A stretch of 64,000 bases of DNA, from assembly GCA_012514745.1 (NCBI GenBank), contig JAAYZR010000030.1:5946-69945 (forward strand), given 5' to 3'. The translations under genes were made by a program, and so were the position numbers. Shown in pieces: positions 9,022 to 19,151 of the stretch. Origin of the DNA: Candidatus Undivivens industriae (GTDB taxonomy: Bacteria; Omnitrophota; Gorgyraeia; Gygaellales; Profunditerraquicolaceae). The first letter of the stretch is position 1. The number at the start of each line of letters is the position of its first letter. The notes beneath the pieces were generated by a model that was not told where the DNA came from, made no database searches, and was given only the letters and a program-made list of their open reading frames with translations.

Positions 9022-9981
9022 CTATCCTTCTTTCTTGCTGAAATAAGACACCTTATAAAATAGTTCTTTCAACGGTTTTATTATCTTTTTCTGCAGCCGG
9101 CCTTCTCCGGGTCTGGCGGTACCGCCATCTCCGGAGTTTTCCATATTATAATAATAACCTGCGTAACCGCCTTCTTCGTCATCGCTGCCGCCGGAGTCCT
9201 GTGTATATATCCAGTACTCTTCCGGGTCTTTTCCGCCTCTTTCGACCGTCCCCACCATTAAAGCCGCCTTCTCATCTGTCCCGGCCTGCGTAAAGAACGC
9301 AAGATAATCCTGCCCGGGATATCCGTCATCCGGCATATCCGTCCTGACATTATCCCCGTCACGGCTCTCCCCGACCAGGTCAAGATCAGAATCGCCGGAA
9401 ACCAGGCCGCCTGCTTCCCTAACGGCGTCTTCCCCGGCAATATGCGCATAAAAAAACGCATCCTCGCCTCCCGCTTCCCCTGGCAAGCGTTCTTTTACCG
9501 CAGAACCGCGCAACGCCGTAAGAGAATTGTCCTCTCCTCCTACAAGACCGCTGCGTTCAACCTCGGGCGGGGCAACCGCCGTCTCTCTTTTCTCAGCTGA
9601 ATCAACGGCCGAAGGGATAATCGCAGGGGCCGGCTGTTCAGACGCCGCTCTGTCCGGATTGTTTATTTCAGGAGCCGAATTATCCATAACCGTCCGGTTC
9701 ATCCCGCCCGCCTGATCGAACACGTTCGGGGTTGATTGTATATTAATCTGCGGAGAATAAACGGGTATAGAGGAAGGATTGGTATAAATGCTGGGAGTAG
9801 TTACCGGAGCTTTTCCCTGCCTGACGCTTCTTGAGGAAACCGGCATTATAAACCAACTGCCGCTGGAATCATCATTCCCGGATTTATCTCCCGAGAATGG
9901 ATTAAAGGAATCCGCTCTGCAGCAAGGTTGAAAAACAAGAAAATAAGCGGCAATGGCCAAGCTTACCCTTATTAACTTCAT
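9022..9981 (-). CDS. hypothetical secreted acidic low-complexity protein
   Basis: N-terminal signal peptide (MKLIRVSLAIAAYFLVFQPCCRA). The remainder is D/E/G/S/P-rich and predicted disordered, with a YAGYYYNMENSGDGG tail. No recognizable catalytic motifs. Confidence 0.5.
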   Translation of the reverse strand: MKLIRVSLAIAAYFLVFQPCCRADSFNPFSGDKSGNDDSSGSWFIMPVSSRSVRQGKAPVTTPSIYTNPSSIPVYSPQINIQSTPNVFDQAGGMNRTVMDNSAPEINNPDRAASEQPAPAIIPSAVDSAEKRETAVAPPEVERSGLVGGEDNSLTALRGSAVKERLPGEAGGEDAFFYAHIAGEDAVREAGGLVSGDSDLDLVGESRDGDNVRTDMPDDGYPGQDYLAFFTQAGTDEKAALMVGTVERGGKDPEEYWIYTQDSGGSDDEEGGYAGYYYNMENSGDGGTARPGEGRLQKKIIKPLKELFYKVSYFSKKEG

Positions 9982-10041
9982 ATATCAATTATAACTCTTC
10001 CTTAACCGCCTTTCGAAGAATAAATCCGGATTTTGCTTTTG

Positions 10042-11721
10042 TTAACAGAAGATGATCTCTTTGACATGGAGGATCACGCTGTCGTCTCCATACCATTCGT
10101 CTATCTGTGGCCGGCAGACAAGGTCGAAAGTATCGCAGGATTCCAGACCGGCAAGAAGACTTCCCATGCCGAAGCCTATCGCCGGAAGAGTGCGCGAACC
10201 GTCCGTGGCCCAAAACTTGAGAGTATCTTTTCTAAGAAGCCTGGGCGAACCTTTTAACGACAGCCCGCGTATAAGAAAAAGCGGTTCCGGATTCCCCGCG
10301 CCGAAAGGCTCCATGGCGCGCAAGCCGGCGCATAGTTCGGCAGTGGCTGCCGATAAAGGCAGTTGCATATCGACGTCTATTGTCGGCATAAGGTCTTCTA
10401 TGCTGAGAGAAGCGCGGGCGAAATCGTTTATCTTCCTGCGGAAATCCAGGATGTTATCCCGGGAGATTACCAGGCCCGCGGCGTGGCTGTGCCCTCCGAA
10501 ATCATCCAGGAAATCCCCGCACTCGCATAAGGCGTTAAAAAGATGAAAACTGCGTATAGACCTGCCGGAACCTTTGCAGAATTTATCCCCCATGGAGATA
10601 AGAATAGTAGGGCGGTTGAAACGATCCGTAAGTTTAGCCGCCACGATACCGAGCACTCCGTGGTGCCAGCCTTCTTTCGCCACTACTATGACGTTTTGCT
10701 CTTTGAAATTTACTTCGGAATCTATCAACGCCTGGGCTTCCTCCATGATGCAGCTCTCCACGCGCTGACGGTTGCGGTTGAAAGACTCTATTTCCCTGGC
10801 CAGGGAATCCGCCTGGATCTCATCTTCGCAGGAAAGAAGGTCGAGCGAAATATCGGCGCTGGCCATCCTGCCGCTGGCGTTGATCCTCGGGCCGAGAATG
10901 AACCCGACCGAATGAGAAGTGAGCTGCTTGCCCGAAAGGCCGCTGACCCTCATCAAAGCCTTCAAGCCAGACCTGCCGGTGGAACTCAGACGCTTCAACC
11001 CGTGCCTGACCAATATTCTGTTCTCGCCGTTCAGCGGCACGACGTCGGCGATCGTTCCCAGACAGACCAGGTCGAGATCCTTTTCAAGCCTATCGCGCGC
11101 CAGCGCCTGGCATAACTTGTAAGCCACGCCCACGCCGGCCAGTTCCCGAAAAGGATACCTGCATCCCTTGACCTTCGGATTTAGCAGGGCCGACGCGCAA
11201 GAAACCTGTTCCTCGCCCGGCTCGTGGTGGTCGGTAACGATAACCTCAATACCGTTCTTTCTCAGCTCGGCGACTTCACCGCAGCTGTTGATGCCGCAGT
11301 CGGCGGTGATGAACAACCCCGCCCTCTTCTCCACCGCCTCTTTCACGGCATTGGCATTGAGCCCGTAACCCTCCTTGATACGATGCGGCAGAGAAGAATA
11401 GACCTCCATACCCATAGCGCGCAGTCTTTCTTTCAAAAGGCTGACGGCGGTGACGCCGTCCACGTCGTAATCGCCGAAAATCATGACTTTGCGCTTTTCG
11501 GAGGCGGCGCGCCTGACCAGTTCAACAGCCTTTCCCATCTCCGGCATAAGAAACGGGTCGCAAAGTTTATCCAGCCCGGCGTCGAGGAACACCTCGGCAT
11601 CCGCCGGAGCGGTGACGCCCCTGTTTATCAACAATCTTGCTATTATCTCATTGATCGGCAGTTCTTTTAGGAGGGTCAACAGCAGTTTTTCGTCCTGTTT
11701 GAGGACGTTGAGTATCCGCAT
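10042..11721 (-). CDS. recJ: single-stranded-DNA-specific exonuclease RecJ
   Basis: DHH motifs (VTDHHEPGE) and a DHHA1 region. The start is taken at the internal Met (MRILNVLKQ) at 11721 to avoid overlapping argS. Confidence 0.85.
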   Translation of the reverse strand: MRILNVLKQDEKLLLTLLKELPINEIIARLLINRGVTAPADAEVFLDAGLDKLCDPFLMPEMGKAVELVRRAASEKRKVMIFGDYDVDGVTAVSLLKERLRAMGMEVYSSLPHRIKEGYGLNANAVKEAVEKRAGLFITADCGINSCGEVAELRKNGIEVIVTDHHEPGEEQVSCASALLNPKVKGCRYPFRELAGVGVAYKLCQALARDRLEKDLDLVCLGTIADVVPLNGENRILVRHGLKRLSSTGRSGLKALMRVSGLSGKQLTSHSVGFILGPRINASGRMASADISLDLLSCEDEIQADSLAREIESFNRNRQRVESCIMEEAQALIDSEVNFKEQNVIVVAKEGWHHGVLGIVAAKLTDRFNRPTILISMGDKFCKGSGRSIRSFHLFNALCECGDFLDDFGGHSHAAGLVISRDNILDFRRKINDFARASLSIEDLMPTIDVDMQLPLSAATAELCAGLRAMEPFGAGNPEPLFLIRGLSLKGSPRLLRKDTLKFWATDGSRTLPAIGFGMGSLLAGLESCDTFDLVCRPQIDEWYGDDSVILHVKEIIFC

Positions 11722-11722
11722 G

Positions 11723-13357
11723 CTACATCTTCTCCGGACGGCTGATGCCCAGCAGTTCCAGGCCGAGGGCGAGAACAATACCGGCCGCTCTCAACAAGGC
11801 GACCCTCGCGGAAAGCAACCCGCTTTCCTGCCCGAGCACGCGGTGCCTGTCGTAAAAACGATGAAAGGCCTCTGCCGTCTCCTGGAGGTAAACCGTCAAA
11901 AGATAAGGGTCGCGGCCAAGAACGCATATCTCCAGCACATAATCCAACTGACAGAGTTTCTTGACCAGATCCAGCTCCTCTTTTTCCCGCAGCAGATCAA
12001 GATACCCCGGTTCGACTGCGCCGGCCTGTTTGAGGATACCGCAGATACGCGCGTAGGCGTATTGGATATAATAAACCGGGTTCTCGGAAGTCTGTTTCTT
12101 CGCGATCTCCAGGTCGAAGTCAAGATGGCTGGAGGTCCTGCGCATCACGAAAAAGAAACGCGCGGCGTCCGAGCCGACCTCGTTCAGCACCTCCCTGAGG
12201 GTGATATACTGCCCTTTGCGCGTGGACATCTGCACCGGCTGTCCGCCGCGAAAGATGGTAGCCAGCTGGACGATCACCACGCACAGCGTCTCCGGGTCAT
12301 GCCCGGAAGCGGCGACAGACGCCTTGAGGCGGCTGATATAGCCATGATGATCCGGCCCCCAGAGGTTAACCAGCAATCCGTAGCCTCTTTTGTATTTATC
12401 CTGGTGGTAAGCGATGTCCGGAGCCAGGTAAGTATACGCTCCGTCGCTCTTGACTACCACCCGGTCTTTATCGTCGCCGAAAGCGGTGGACTTGAACCAC
12501 ACCGCCCCGCCCTCGTCGTATATGTAACCTCGGGCACGCAGGTCGGCCAGTGCCTCTTTTATCCGGACTTCGTTACAGTTATCCTTTTGGCTGTACCAGC
12601 GGTCAAACTTCACCCCGAAGTCATCCAGTTCCCTGCGGATTATCTCCAGTATATAATCCGCGCCGAACCTGCCGTAATCTTCGACATTAAGCCGCTTCTC
12701 CATTATCTCGCGCGCGATATCGCGGATATAGTCGCCCTGGTAATGATCCTCGGGGAAATCTATCTTTTCGCCTTTTAGTTCCCTCAAACGCAGTTCTATG
12801 GACCTGCCCAGAATATTTATCTGGTTGCCTTCATCGTTCAAATAATATTCCCTGTCGGCTTGGTAACCGGATATGCGCATGATGTTGGCAAGGGCGTCTC
12901 CGACGGCCGCCTGGCGGGCGTGGGCCACGGAAAGAGAACCGGTAGGATTGGCGCTGACGAATTCTATCAGCACTTTTTTGCCGGCCCCGCCCCGAGAACG
13001 GAAAGCCTCCGCGCCTTGATCCAGGACAGTCTGCAGCCTGCGCCGGAAATATTCACCGCTGAAGTAGAAATTTATAAACCCGGCTCCTTCCGCGCGCACG
13101 TCGTCAATCATTCCTGCGGCCGCAGAAACCGCTATGCGCCGTTTCAAACCCTCCGCCAGAGCGCCTGCTATCTGCATCGGCGGCTTGCGCAGCTTTTTAC
13201 ACAGCTGCATAGCGGTGTTAACGGCCAAGTCGCCGAAACGCCCGTCCCTGGGCAGTTCGAAGATTATCGCTCCCGCGTTCAACCCGGGCTCGAGCGAAAC
13301 AATCTCTTCCTTCAGGAGTTCTTCAAGTACTTTTTTTATATCAATGTTTTTGTTCAT
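11723..13357 (-). CDS. argS: arginine--tRNA ligase
   Basis: 544 aa class I aaRS. It has the N-terminal Arg-tRNA-binding domain, HIGH-like (SANPTGSLSVAHAR) and KMSK-like regions, and the characteristic C-terminal ...RPEKM. Confidence 0.95.
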   Translation of the reverse strand: MNKNIDIKKVLEELLKEEIVSLEPGLNAGAIIFELPRDGRFGDLAVNTAMQLCKKLRKPPMQIAGALAEGLKRRIAVSAAAGMIDDVRAEGAGFINFYFSGEYFRRRLQTVLDQGAEAFRSRGGAGKKVLIEFVSANPTGSLSVAHARQAAVGDALANIMRISGYQADREYYLNDEGNQINILGRSIELRLRELKGEKIDFPEDHYQGDYIRDIAREIMEKRLNVEDYGRFGADYILEIIRRELDDFGVKFDRWYSQKDNCNEVRIKEALADLRARGYIYDEGGAVWFKSTAFGDDKDRVVVKSDGAYTYLAPDIAYHQDKYKRGYGLLVNLWGPDHHGYISRLKASVAASGHDPETLCVVIVQLATIFRGGQPVQMSTRKGQYITLREVLNEVGSDAARFFFVMRRTSSHLDFDLEIAKKQTSENPVYYIQYAYARICGILKQAGAVEPGYLDLLREKEELDLVKKLCQLDYVLEICVLGRDPYLLTVYLQETAEAFHRFYDRHRVLGQESGLLSARVALLRAAGIVLALGLELLGISRPEKM

Positions 13358-13430
13358 CTATTAATCACATTGTATCGCGTATAAAACCGTGAACAGGCTG
13401 TATAACGCAGTGAGCCGTATCTTGGGGTGA

Positions 13431-13472
13431 TGTTCAAATAAGCCGGCCAGCGGTACGAACACCCGCTGGCCG
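13431..13472 (-). terminator. rho-independent terminator downstream of rsfS
   Basis: Minus-strand hairpin CCGGCCAGCGG-gtgttcgta-CCGCTGGCCGG followed by CTTATTTG. Confidence 0.55.
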
Positions 13473-13515
13473 GTAATTGTGAAGAATATCGGCGGACTCT
13501 GTAGCCCGAACGTGA

Positions 13516-13818
13516 TCAGGCCGCGGCTGCTCTTCTCGCCGCCGACGCCCTTACTCTCTTGGCGTCCGCCCAAAGGCGTTCCAGGGCGTAAAACTCCCTG
13601 ACCGGCTTGTCGAAAACGTGCGCAACCACGCCGGAATAATCCAACACTATCCACCCGGATTCATCCTGCGAAGGAATATCGGAAAGAGGTTTGATCTTTT
13701 CTTTCCGCAATTCTTCTCTCACGGCTTCCGCGATAGCCCTTACGTGGGTATTGGAGGTGCCGTTCATTATCACGAAGTAATCGCAGAACCCGCAGACGGC
13801 GCGCATATCCAGGATCAT
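13516..13818 (-). CDS. rsfS: ribosome silencing factor RsfS (Iojap family)
   Basis: DYFVIMNGTSNTHVRAIAEAV matches the RsfS core. The conserved upstream region (IARDKKAQRP...) is in frame back to 13908 but has no ATG/GTG/TTG start; see finding. Confidence 0.8.
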   Translation of the reverse strand: MILDMRAVCGFCDYFVIMNGTSNTHVRAIAEAVREELRKEKIKPLSDIPSQDESGWIVLDYSGVVAHVFDKPVREFYALERLWADAKRVRASAARRAAAA

Positions 13819-13908
13819 CGGACGCTGCGCCTTCTTATCCCTGGCGATGCCGACTATTCTTAGAGATAGAGCCCTGTTGTCGATGTCGAAACCCGCCTCC
13901 CCGGGGAG

Positions 13909-14058
13909 TTATTTTTTTCCCAGTATTTTATACATACCGGTACCGCAGTCCGGGCATTTGCCTTTGACGGCAGAACGGCCGTTCTTCATGGTGACTTTCT
14001 GCTCATCCTTCATATCCTTGCTGGCCTTACATTTCACACAGTATCCCTTTTCTGCCAT
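13909..14058 (-). CDS. small zinc-ribbon protein (49 aa, CxxC...CxxC), not in ORF track
   Basis: Minus-strand ATG at 14056-14058 preceded by AGGAGG. Translation MAEKGYCVKCKASKDMKDEQKVTMKNGRSAVKGKCPDCGTGMYKILGKK, stop TAA at 13909-13911. Resembles DUF5679-type zinc ribbons. Confidence 0.55.
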   Translation of the reverse strand: MAEKGYCVKCKASKDMKDEQKVTMKNGRSAVKGKCPDCGTGMYKILGKK

Positions 14059-14124
14059 TGCCGTCCTCCTTGTTGGGCGTAGTAAAGTCTAACGCACCCC
14101 ATTATACACCCGCCCGCTGACAGG

Positions 14125-15156
14125 TCAACTTCTTTTCTGCCGCTGGGGGTGTTTTACCGGTTCTTCCTCTATTTCTCCCACGATCTCTTCCAACAAATCT
14201 TCCAGAGTGACCAGGCCCAGCGCCAGGCCTTTCGCGTCTGTGACGATGGCGATCTGTATCCTGTCCGACTGGAACTTCCTGAGCAGTTCGCTGACCCTCA
14301 TCCCCGGAGGCACGCAATAAGGCTTATGTATCAGGTCCTGGACCACCACCAACGGCCTGTCGCGCAGTATATAAAGCAGATCGTGCGCGTAAATGATACC
14401 GATGACGTTATTCCTGCCGCCATGATACACCGGAAGCCGCTGGTGTCCCTGTTCTACGAAAATTGCCAGGAGTTCCTCCTGCCCGGCGTCCGAGCTGACC
14501 GCGACAATCTTCTCGTTTGGCACCATCACTTCTTCCAAGCGGGTATCCCCGAATTCAAAAATGCGGTGCAGCATCTTCCTCTCTTCGTCGGTAAGCACCC
14601 CCTCTTCCTTGCCCACCTCTATCATCAGGCGCAGTTCCTCTTCGGTTATCAGGGGGGAACGCCTGGCCGGCGGGACACGCATAAGCTTGAGGACCATTGC
14701 GCTGACGTTGCCGAAGAAGATTATTACCGGATTGAATAGGCGGATGTAAGCGCCCATCAGGGGCGCGGACAACATGGCGATTTTTTCCGTGTGCTTGATC
14801 GCCAGGGTCTTGGGAACTATCTCGCAGAAGATAAGCACGAAGAAGGTGGCCGAAAGCGTCGAAACCAGCACGCCGTACTGGTCCCCCAGGACCTTGACGG
14901 TCGAGGCGGTGAGGATGGCGGATATGGAGATGTTCACGAAATTGTTGCCGAGCAGAATGGCGACAATGAACTTGTCCAGCTTGACCACCAGGTCCTGGAT
15001 ATGCTGCGCCTTGCGCGGCTCCTTGGAAAGCAGGTGGCGTAGACGTATCTTGCTCAGGCCGATTATGGAGGTCTCCGAAGCGCTGAAGAGAGCGGAAAGA
15101 GAAAAAAGAAGGAACAATACCAGCAACGTGACGAAAAGATACAGGAAACCCGTCAT
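14125..15156 (-). CDS. CNNM/CorC/HlyC-family protein (DUF21 TM domain, tandem CBS, CorC_HlyC C-terminus)
   Basis: Four TM helices, CBS pairs and C-terminal LVTLEDLLEEIVGEIEEE. The start is set at the internal Met (MTGFLYLF, 15154-15156, AAAGG RBS); the N-terminal Arg/Gly-rich extension in the track is judged spurious. Confidence 0.8.
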   Translation of the reverse strand: MTGFLYLFVTLLVLFLLFSLSALFSASETSIIGLSKIRLRHLLSKEPRKAQHIQDLVVKLDKFIVAILLGNNFVNISISAILTASTVKVLGDQYGVLVSTLSATFFVLIFCEIVPKTLAIKHTEKIAMLSAPLMGAYIRLFNPVIIFFGNVSAMVLKLMRVPPARRSPLITEEELRLMIEVGKEEGVLTDEERKMLHRIFEFGDTRLEEVMVPNEKIVAVSSDAGQEELLAIFVEQGHQRLPVYHGGRNNVIGIIYAHDLLYILRDRPLVVVQDLIHKPYCVPPGMRVSELLRKFQSDRIQIAIVTDAKGLALGLVTLEDLLEEIVGEIEEEPVKHPQRQKRS

Positions 15157-15161
15157 ACCTT

Positions 15162-16442
15162 TTATTCCAATCCCGGCCAGAGCCGCGAAAAGCCGCGTTC
15201 GTCGCCTACCGCCGCCCCGATGGCGGCAAAACGCAGTTTGTTTTTGGTAAAAACCTCCCCGGCCGCGTCCTTTATCTCCTCCGCAGAGACTTTGCATATA
15301 CCGGCGGCGATTTCTTCGTAAGTACGTATGCCTCCGCCCAGCGCTACCGCCTCTCCGGTAAAAAGCATCTGTTCCATTGAATCCTCAAGGGACAGCATCA
15401 ACTGCCCGAGAAAATAATCCTTTGCCCGCTTCAACTCCCTTTTTTCCACAGTCTTGCGCCTTATCCTGCGCAATTCGGCGATCACGACCTCCATCGCCTG
15501 GGCGGCCTTGCCGTTGTCTATGCCGGCATGCACGACAAACGCTCCGGTATCGTGGAATCTCTTGACCTGCGTGCCGATCTCGTAAGCCAGTCCCCTCTTT
15601 TCGCGCACCTCGTGAAAAAGGCGGCTGGACATATTGGCGCCCAGGATTATATGCAGCAGCACCGAGGCATATTTAAACTTGTGTTCGCGCGGGAACGCGC
15701 GGAAGCCCATGGCGATATGCGTCTGTTCCGTATCCTTGCGAAGAAGTTTCACTCGCGGGCCCGCGCCAACCGCGTCCTCTACCGGCAGATACGCCGCCCG
15801 CTCTTTGCCGTTCTTGCCGGCGGAAGCGAAAGCGGCACCGCACATCCGGCAGAACCCGGAATGCTCCAGAGAGCCGGCGGCGCTCACCACGATTCCGGCC
15901 GGGACGTAATGGCCGCGGAGGTAACTGCGCAGTTCTTCTCTGGTCAACGCCGCCAGGGAATCTTCGAAACCTATGATCCCCATACCCAGCGGGTGCCCGG
16001 GCCAGAGCAATTGGTCGAGCAATTCATGCACATAGCTCTGCGGCAGGTCCTTATACATCTTGAGCTCTTCCAGGATTACCGCCTTCTCCCTGGCGAAATC
16101 CGCCCGTGGCAGAGAAGGACGCAGCACCATGTCGGAAAGAATGTCGAGCCCCATTCTCATTTTCGCCGCCGGGACTTTTACCAGATAACATGTCGCTTCT
16201 TCGGAAGTGAATCCGTTCAGGCTTCCCCCCGCCCCCTCCACCGATTCTTTTATCTGCCGGCAGGAATACTTGGAGCTGCCCTTGAAAAGCATGTGCTCCA
16301 GGACATGGCTGATGCCTTTATTCGTCCGGGTCTCGTACCTGCCGCCGGACTTTATCCATATGCCCAGAGAAACGGAACGCCGTAAGGGCATGGAACAGGT
16401 GACGACCGTCAGCCCGGTTTTCATCACCGTTTTTTTATACAC
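15162..16442 (-). CDS. M16-family (insulinase/pitrilysin-like) zinc peptidase
   Basis: Inverted zinc motif HVLEHMLFKG (HxxEH) and a two-domain architecture; 426 aa. GGGAGG RBS. Its start overlaps the trpA stop by 8 nt. Confidence 0.8.
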   Translation of the reverse strand: MYKKTVMKTGLTVVTCSMPLRRSVSLGIWIKSGGRYETRTNKGISHVLEHMLFKGSSKYSCRQIKESVEGAGGSLNGFTSEEATCYLVKVPAAKMRMGLDILSDMVLRPSLPRADFAREKAVILEELKMYKDLPQSYVHELLDQLLWPGHPLGMGIIGFEDSLAALTREELRSYLRGHYVPAGIVVSAAGSLEHSGFCRMCGAAFASAGKNGKERAAYLPVEDAVGAGPRVKLLRKDTEQTHIAMGFRAFPREHKFKYASVLLHIILGANMSSRLFHEVREKRGLAYEIGTQVKRFHDTGAFVVHAGIDNGKAAQAMEVVIAELRRIRRKTVEKRELKRAKDYFLGQLMLSLEDSMEQMLFTGEAVALGGGIRTYEEIAAGICKVSAEEIKDAAGEVFTKNKLRFAAIGAAVGDERGFSRLWPGLE

Positions 16443-17253
16443 GGTGGGCCTCCCTGCTTAAGCGGGAAACAAATATCTCCAGCCCGCGCGCGGCGCCGCC
16501 TTTTTTTCCGGCCACCCCCGCGCGGATACAATCGACGATAGCGCTGCCCACGATGGCCCCGTCGGCCGCGCGGCAGACGCCCCGCACCTGCTCAGGAGTC
16601 GAGATGCCGAAACCCATGCATACCGGCTTGCGGGTAAACCCGCGCAGCAGGCGCACCTGTCTGCCCGCCTCCTTCGGCAGGGATGAACGGACTCCGGTAA
16701 CGCCGGTAACGGAAAGATAATAGATGAACCCGCCGGAAAGCCGCGCTATCCTGCGCATGCGTTCTTTAGTGGTGGTGGGGGAGACGAAAAAGATGGTGTG
16801 CACTCCGCGGAGCGAACACTCTTTTCTTAAATTCACGGCTTCCTCCGGAGGAAGATCCGGCACGATGACGCCGTCGACTCCGGCGTCGGCCGCATCCCGG
16901 GCGAACTTTTTTTCGCCGTAACTGAAAACCGGATTGTAATACGTCATCAGGCAAAGCGGTATGGCTGTGCGCCTGCGCAATTGCTTTACCAGCGCTATGA
17001 TCTTGCGCAGCGTAACGCCTTTAAGCAGCGCCTGCCGGGATGATTCCTGGATCACCGGCCCGTCGGCCAGGGGATCAGAAAAAGGCACTCCCAGTTCCAC
17101 TATATCGGCGCCCGCCTTTTCCAGAGAGAGCACCAGCTTTCCCGTCTCAGAGAGAGAAGGATAACCGGCGGTAAGAAACGCTATGAAAGCTTTCTTCTTG
17201 TCTCTCCCAAGAGACTCGAACTTCGCGTCTATCCTGTTCGGGTGAGTACTCAT
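16435..17253 (-). CDS. trpA: tryptophan synthase alpha chain
   Basis: TIM-barrel TrpA motifs ([15 protein letters not shown]). ATGA overlap with the trpB stop. Confidence 0.95.
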   Translation of the reverse strand: MSTHPNRIDAKFESLGRDKKKAFIAFLTAGYPSLSETGKLVLSLEKAGADIVELGVPFSDPLADGPVIQESSRQALLKGVTLRKIIALVKQLRRRTAIPLCLMTYYNPVFSYGEKKFARDAADAGVDGVIVPDLPPEEAVNLRKECSLRGVHTIFFVSPTTTKERMRRIARLSGGFIYYLSVTGVTGVRSSLPKEAGRQVRLLRGFTRKPVCMGFGISTPEQVRGVCRAADGAIVGSAIVDCIRAGVAGKKGGAARGLEIFVSRLSREAHRV

Positions 17254-18434
17254 AGATCAAACCTCGGCGTCACTATCCCCAGGTCCTTATCGCCCCTGCC
17301 GGAAAGACAGAGCACGGTAAGGGAATTCTTTCTCAGCCGCCTGCGCATCTTTAGCAGATAGGCTACGGCATGGGAAGACTCCAGGGCGGGTATTATACCT
17401 TCGGTGCGGGAAAGCAGCTTGAACCCTTCCAACGCCTCTGCGTCGGTGACGGAAACATATTCCGCCCTGCCGCTCCGTTTGTAAAAGGCGTGTTCCGGAC
17501 CGACTCCCGGATAGTCCAGTCCGGCGGCTATGGAATGGGCGTTAAGCACCTGGCCGTCGGCATCCTGCATAAGAGCCGACTTGCACCCGTGCAGAACGCC
17601 GGTCTTTCCTTTGTTCAGGCTCGCGGCGTGTTTATCTCCGGAGAGCCCTTCGCCGGCGGCCTCCACCCCGACAAAGCCGACTTTCCTATCGGAGTAAAAA
17701 GGATGGAACAAACCGATGGCGTTGCTGCCGCCTCCCACGCAGGCCAAAAGAAAGTCCGGAAGCCTGCCTTCTTTCTTCAATATCTGGCTTTTTGCCTCGC
17801 GCCCGATAACGGACTGAAAATCCCTGACCAGGAGAGGATACGGATGCGGGCCGGCGACTGTTCCGACCACGTAATAAGTGTTCCTGACGTTGGTGACCCA
17901 GTCGCGCATCGCCTCGGTCATGGCGTCTTTCAAAGTCATGGAGCCTTGAGTGACCGGTACCACCTCGGCGCCCAACAGTTTCATGCGGAAAACATTGGGC
18001 TTCTGGCGTTCCACATCCTCTTTCCCCATATAGACCGCGCATTTCAGCCCGAACCGCGCCGCGACCGTGGCGGTGGCCACGCCGTGCTGGCCGGCTCCGG
18101 TCTCGGCTATCAATCTGGGCTTCTTCATGCGCAGAGCGAGCAAAGCCTGGCCGACGGTATTATTGATCTTATGCGCCCCGGTATGCAATAGGTCTTCCCT
18201 TTTCAGGTAAACCCTGCCTATGCCGAGATAACTGCTTAGGCGGGAAGCGAGATAAAGCGGGGTCGGTCTGCCCGTGTATTCTTTGAGATAATAATCCATC
18301 TGCTTGCGGAAACCGGGATCGCGGCCGGCGCGCAGATATTCGTCTTCCAGTTCGCGCAGGGCGCAAACCAGCGTCTCGGGCACGAAGCTCCCCCCGAAAT
18401 CCCCGAAATGTCCCGTTTTGTCAGGTATTTTCAT
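17250..18434 (-). CDS. trpB: tryptophan synthase beta chain
   Basis: PLP-fold TrpB ([14 protein letters not shown]; GGGSNA). The start is chosen at the Met before [10 protein letters not shown] (18432-18434, AAGGA RBS); the ATG at 18476 is an alternative. Confidence 0.9.
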   Translation of the reverse strand: MKIPDKTGHFGDFGGSFVPETLVCALRELEDEYLRAGRDPGFRKQMDYYLKEYTGRPTPLYLASRLSSYLGIGRVYLKREDLLHTGAHKINNTVGQALLALRMKKPRLIAETGAGQHGVATATVAARFGLKCAVYMGKEDVERQKPNVFRMKLLGAEVVPVTQGSMTLKDAMTEAMRDWVTNVRNTYYVVGTVAGPHPYPLLVRDFQSVIGREAKSQILKKEGRLPDFLLACVGGGSNAIGLFHPFYSDRKVGFVGVEAAGEGLSGDKHAASLNKGKTGVLHGCKSALMQDADGQVLNAHSIAAGLDYPGVGPEHAFYKRSGRAEYVSVTDAEALEGFKLLSRTEGIIPALESSHAVAYLLKMRRRLRKNSLTVLCLSGRGDKDLGIVTPRFDL

Positions 18435-18515
18435 ATCATCCTTTTGGTCCGGCATACGCCTTCGTCCGGTTAACACATCTTGTTTAATCTATCACAAACG
18501 TAAAATCCGGTAAAG

Positions 18516-19151
18516 CTATTTATGCCTGGTCACGGCCGCGATGAACGCCGACATTTTACATATGTCTTTCTTGCCCGGGGCGCTCTCCAGGCGGCTGCCG
18601 GCGTCCACCCAGTCGGGCCGGATTTTCTTTATCGCGCGCGCGACATTCCCGGCGTGCAGGCCGCCGGAAAGAAATACCCTCTTCTTTATCTTCAGTCCGG
18701 CAAGCATATCCCAGTCAAAGGTCTTCCCTGTCCCGCCTTTGGCTTTAGGAGCGTAGGCGTCGAAAAGAAACGCCCAGATCCCCCTGTATTGCCTCAAAAC
18801 CGCGGGGTCCGGAGGCAATTTAAGCCCGAAGGCTTTTATCAATTTGATCCCTTTAAGACCGGCGCAGTATTCCGGAGTTTCTTTCCCGTGCAGTTGCACA
18901 GCGTCGAGGGCGCAATCCTTCACCGCTCTCAGGATGCGCGCCTTCGGAGCATCCACGAAAACCCCGACCTTCAATATCTTTTCCGGCAGCGAAGAGATTA
19001 TACGCGCGGCTTTCGCCGGAGTGATGTAACGCGGGCTTCCGCGGTAGAAAATAAACCCCACCGCGTCGCAGCCGGCTTCGACTGCGGCAAGCGCGTCCCG
19101 CAAACCGGTTATACCGCAGATCTTGACCAGCGGACGCTTCAACGCTACCAC
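18516..19151 (-). CDS. trpF: N-(5'-phosphoribosyl)anthranilate isomerase
   Basis: KICGIT N-terminus typical of the PRAI TIM barrel; 211 aa. Confidence 0.9.
   Translation of the reverse strand: MVALKRPLVKICGITGLRDALAAVEAGCDAVGFIFYRGSPRYITPAKAARIISSLPEKILKVGVFVDAPKARILRAVKDCALDAVQLHGKETPEYCAGLKGIKLIKAFGLKLPPDPAVLRQYRGIWAFLFDAYAPKAKGGTGKTFDWDMLAGLKIKKRVFLSGGLHAGNVARAIKKIRPDWVDAGSRLESAPGKKDICKMSAFIAAVTRHK

Noticed and set aside
13361-13654. 97-aa ORF overlapping rsfS and the argS-rsfS spacer
   Set aside because: It overlaps rsfS out of frame and spans a clear terminator hairpin. The translation is Gly/Arg-rich with no motifs.
14125-15297. N-terminal extensions present in the ORF track on the CNNM gene and on ispG (to 56074), queA (to 44755), acsB (to 34273), recJ (to 11778) and coaE (to 27161)
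   Set aside because: The extensions are Arg/Gly/Pro-rich, lack RBSs and overlap upstream genes. Internal Met codons with RBSs match the expected family N-termini, so I trimmed the coordinates.
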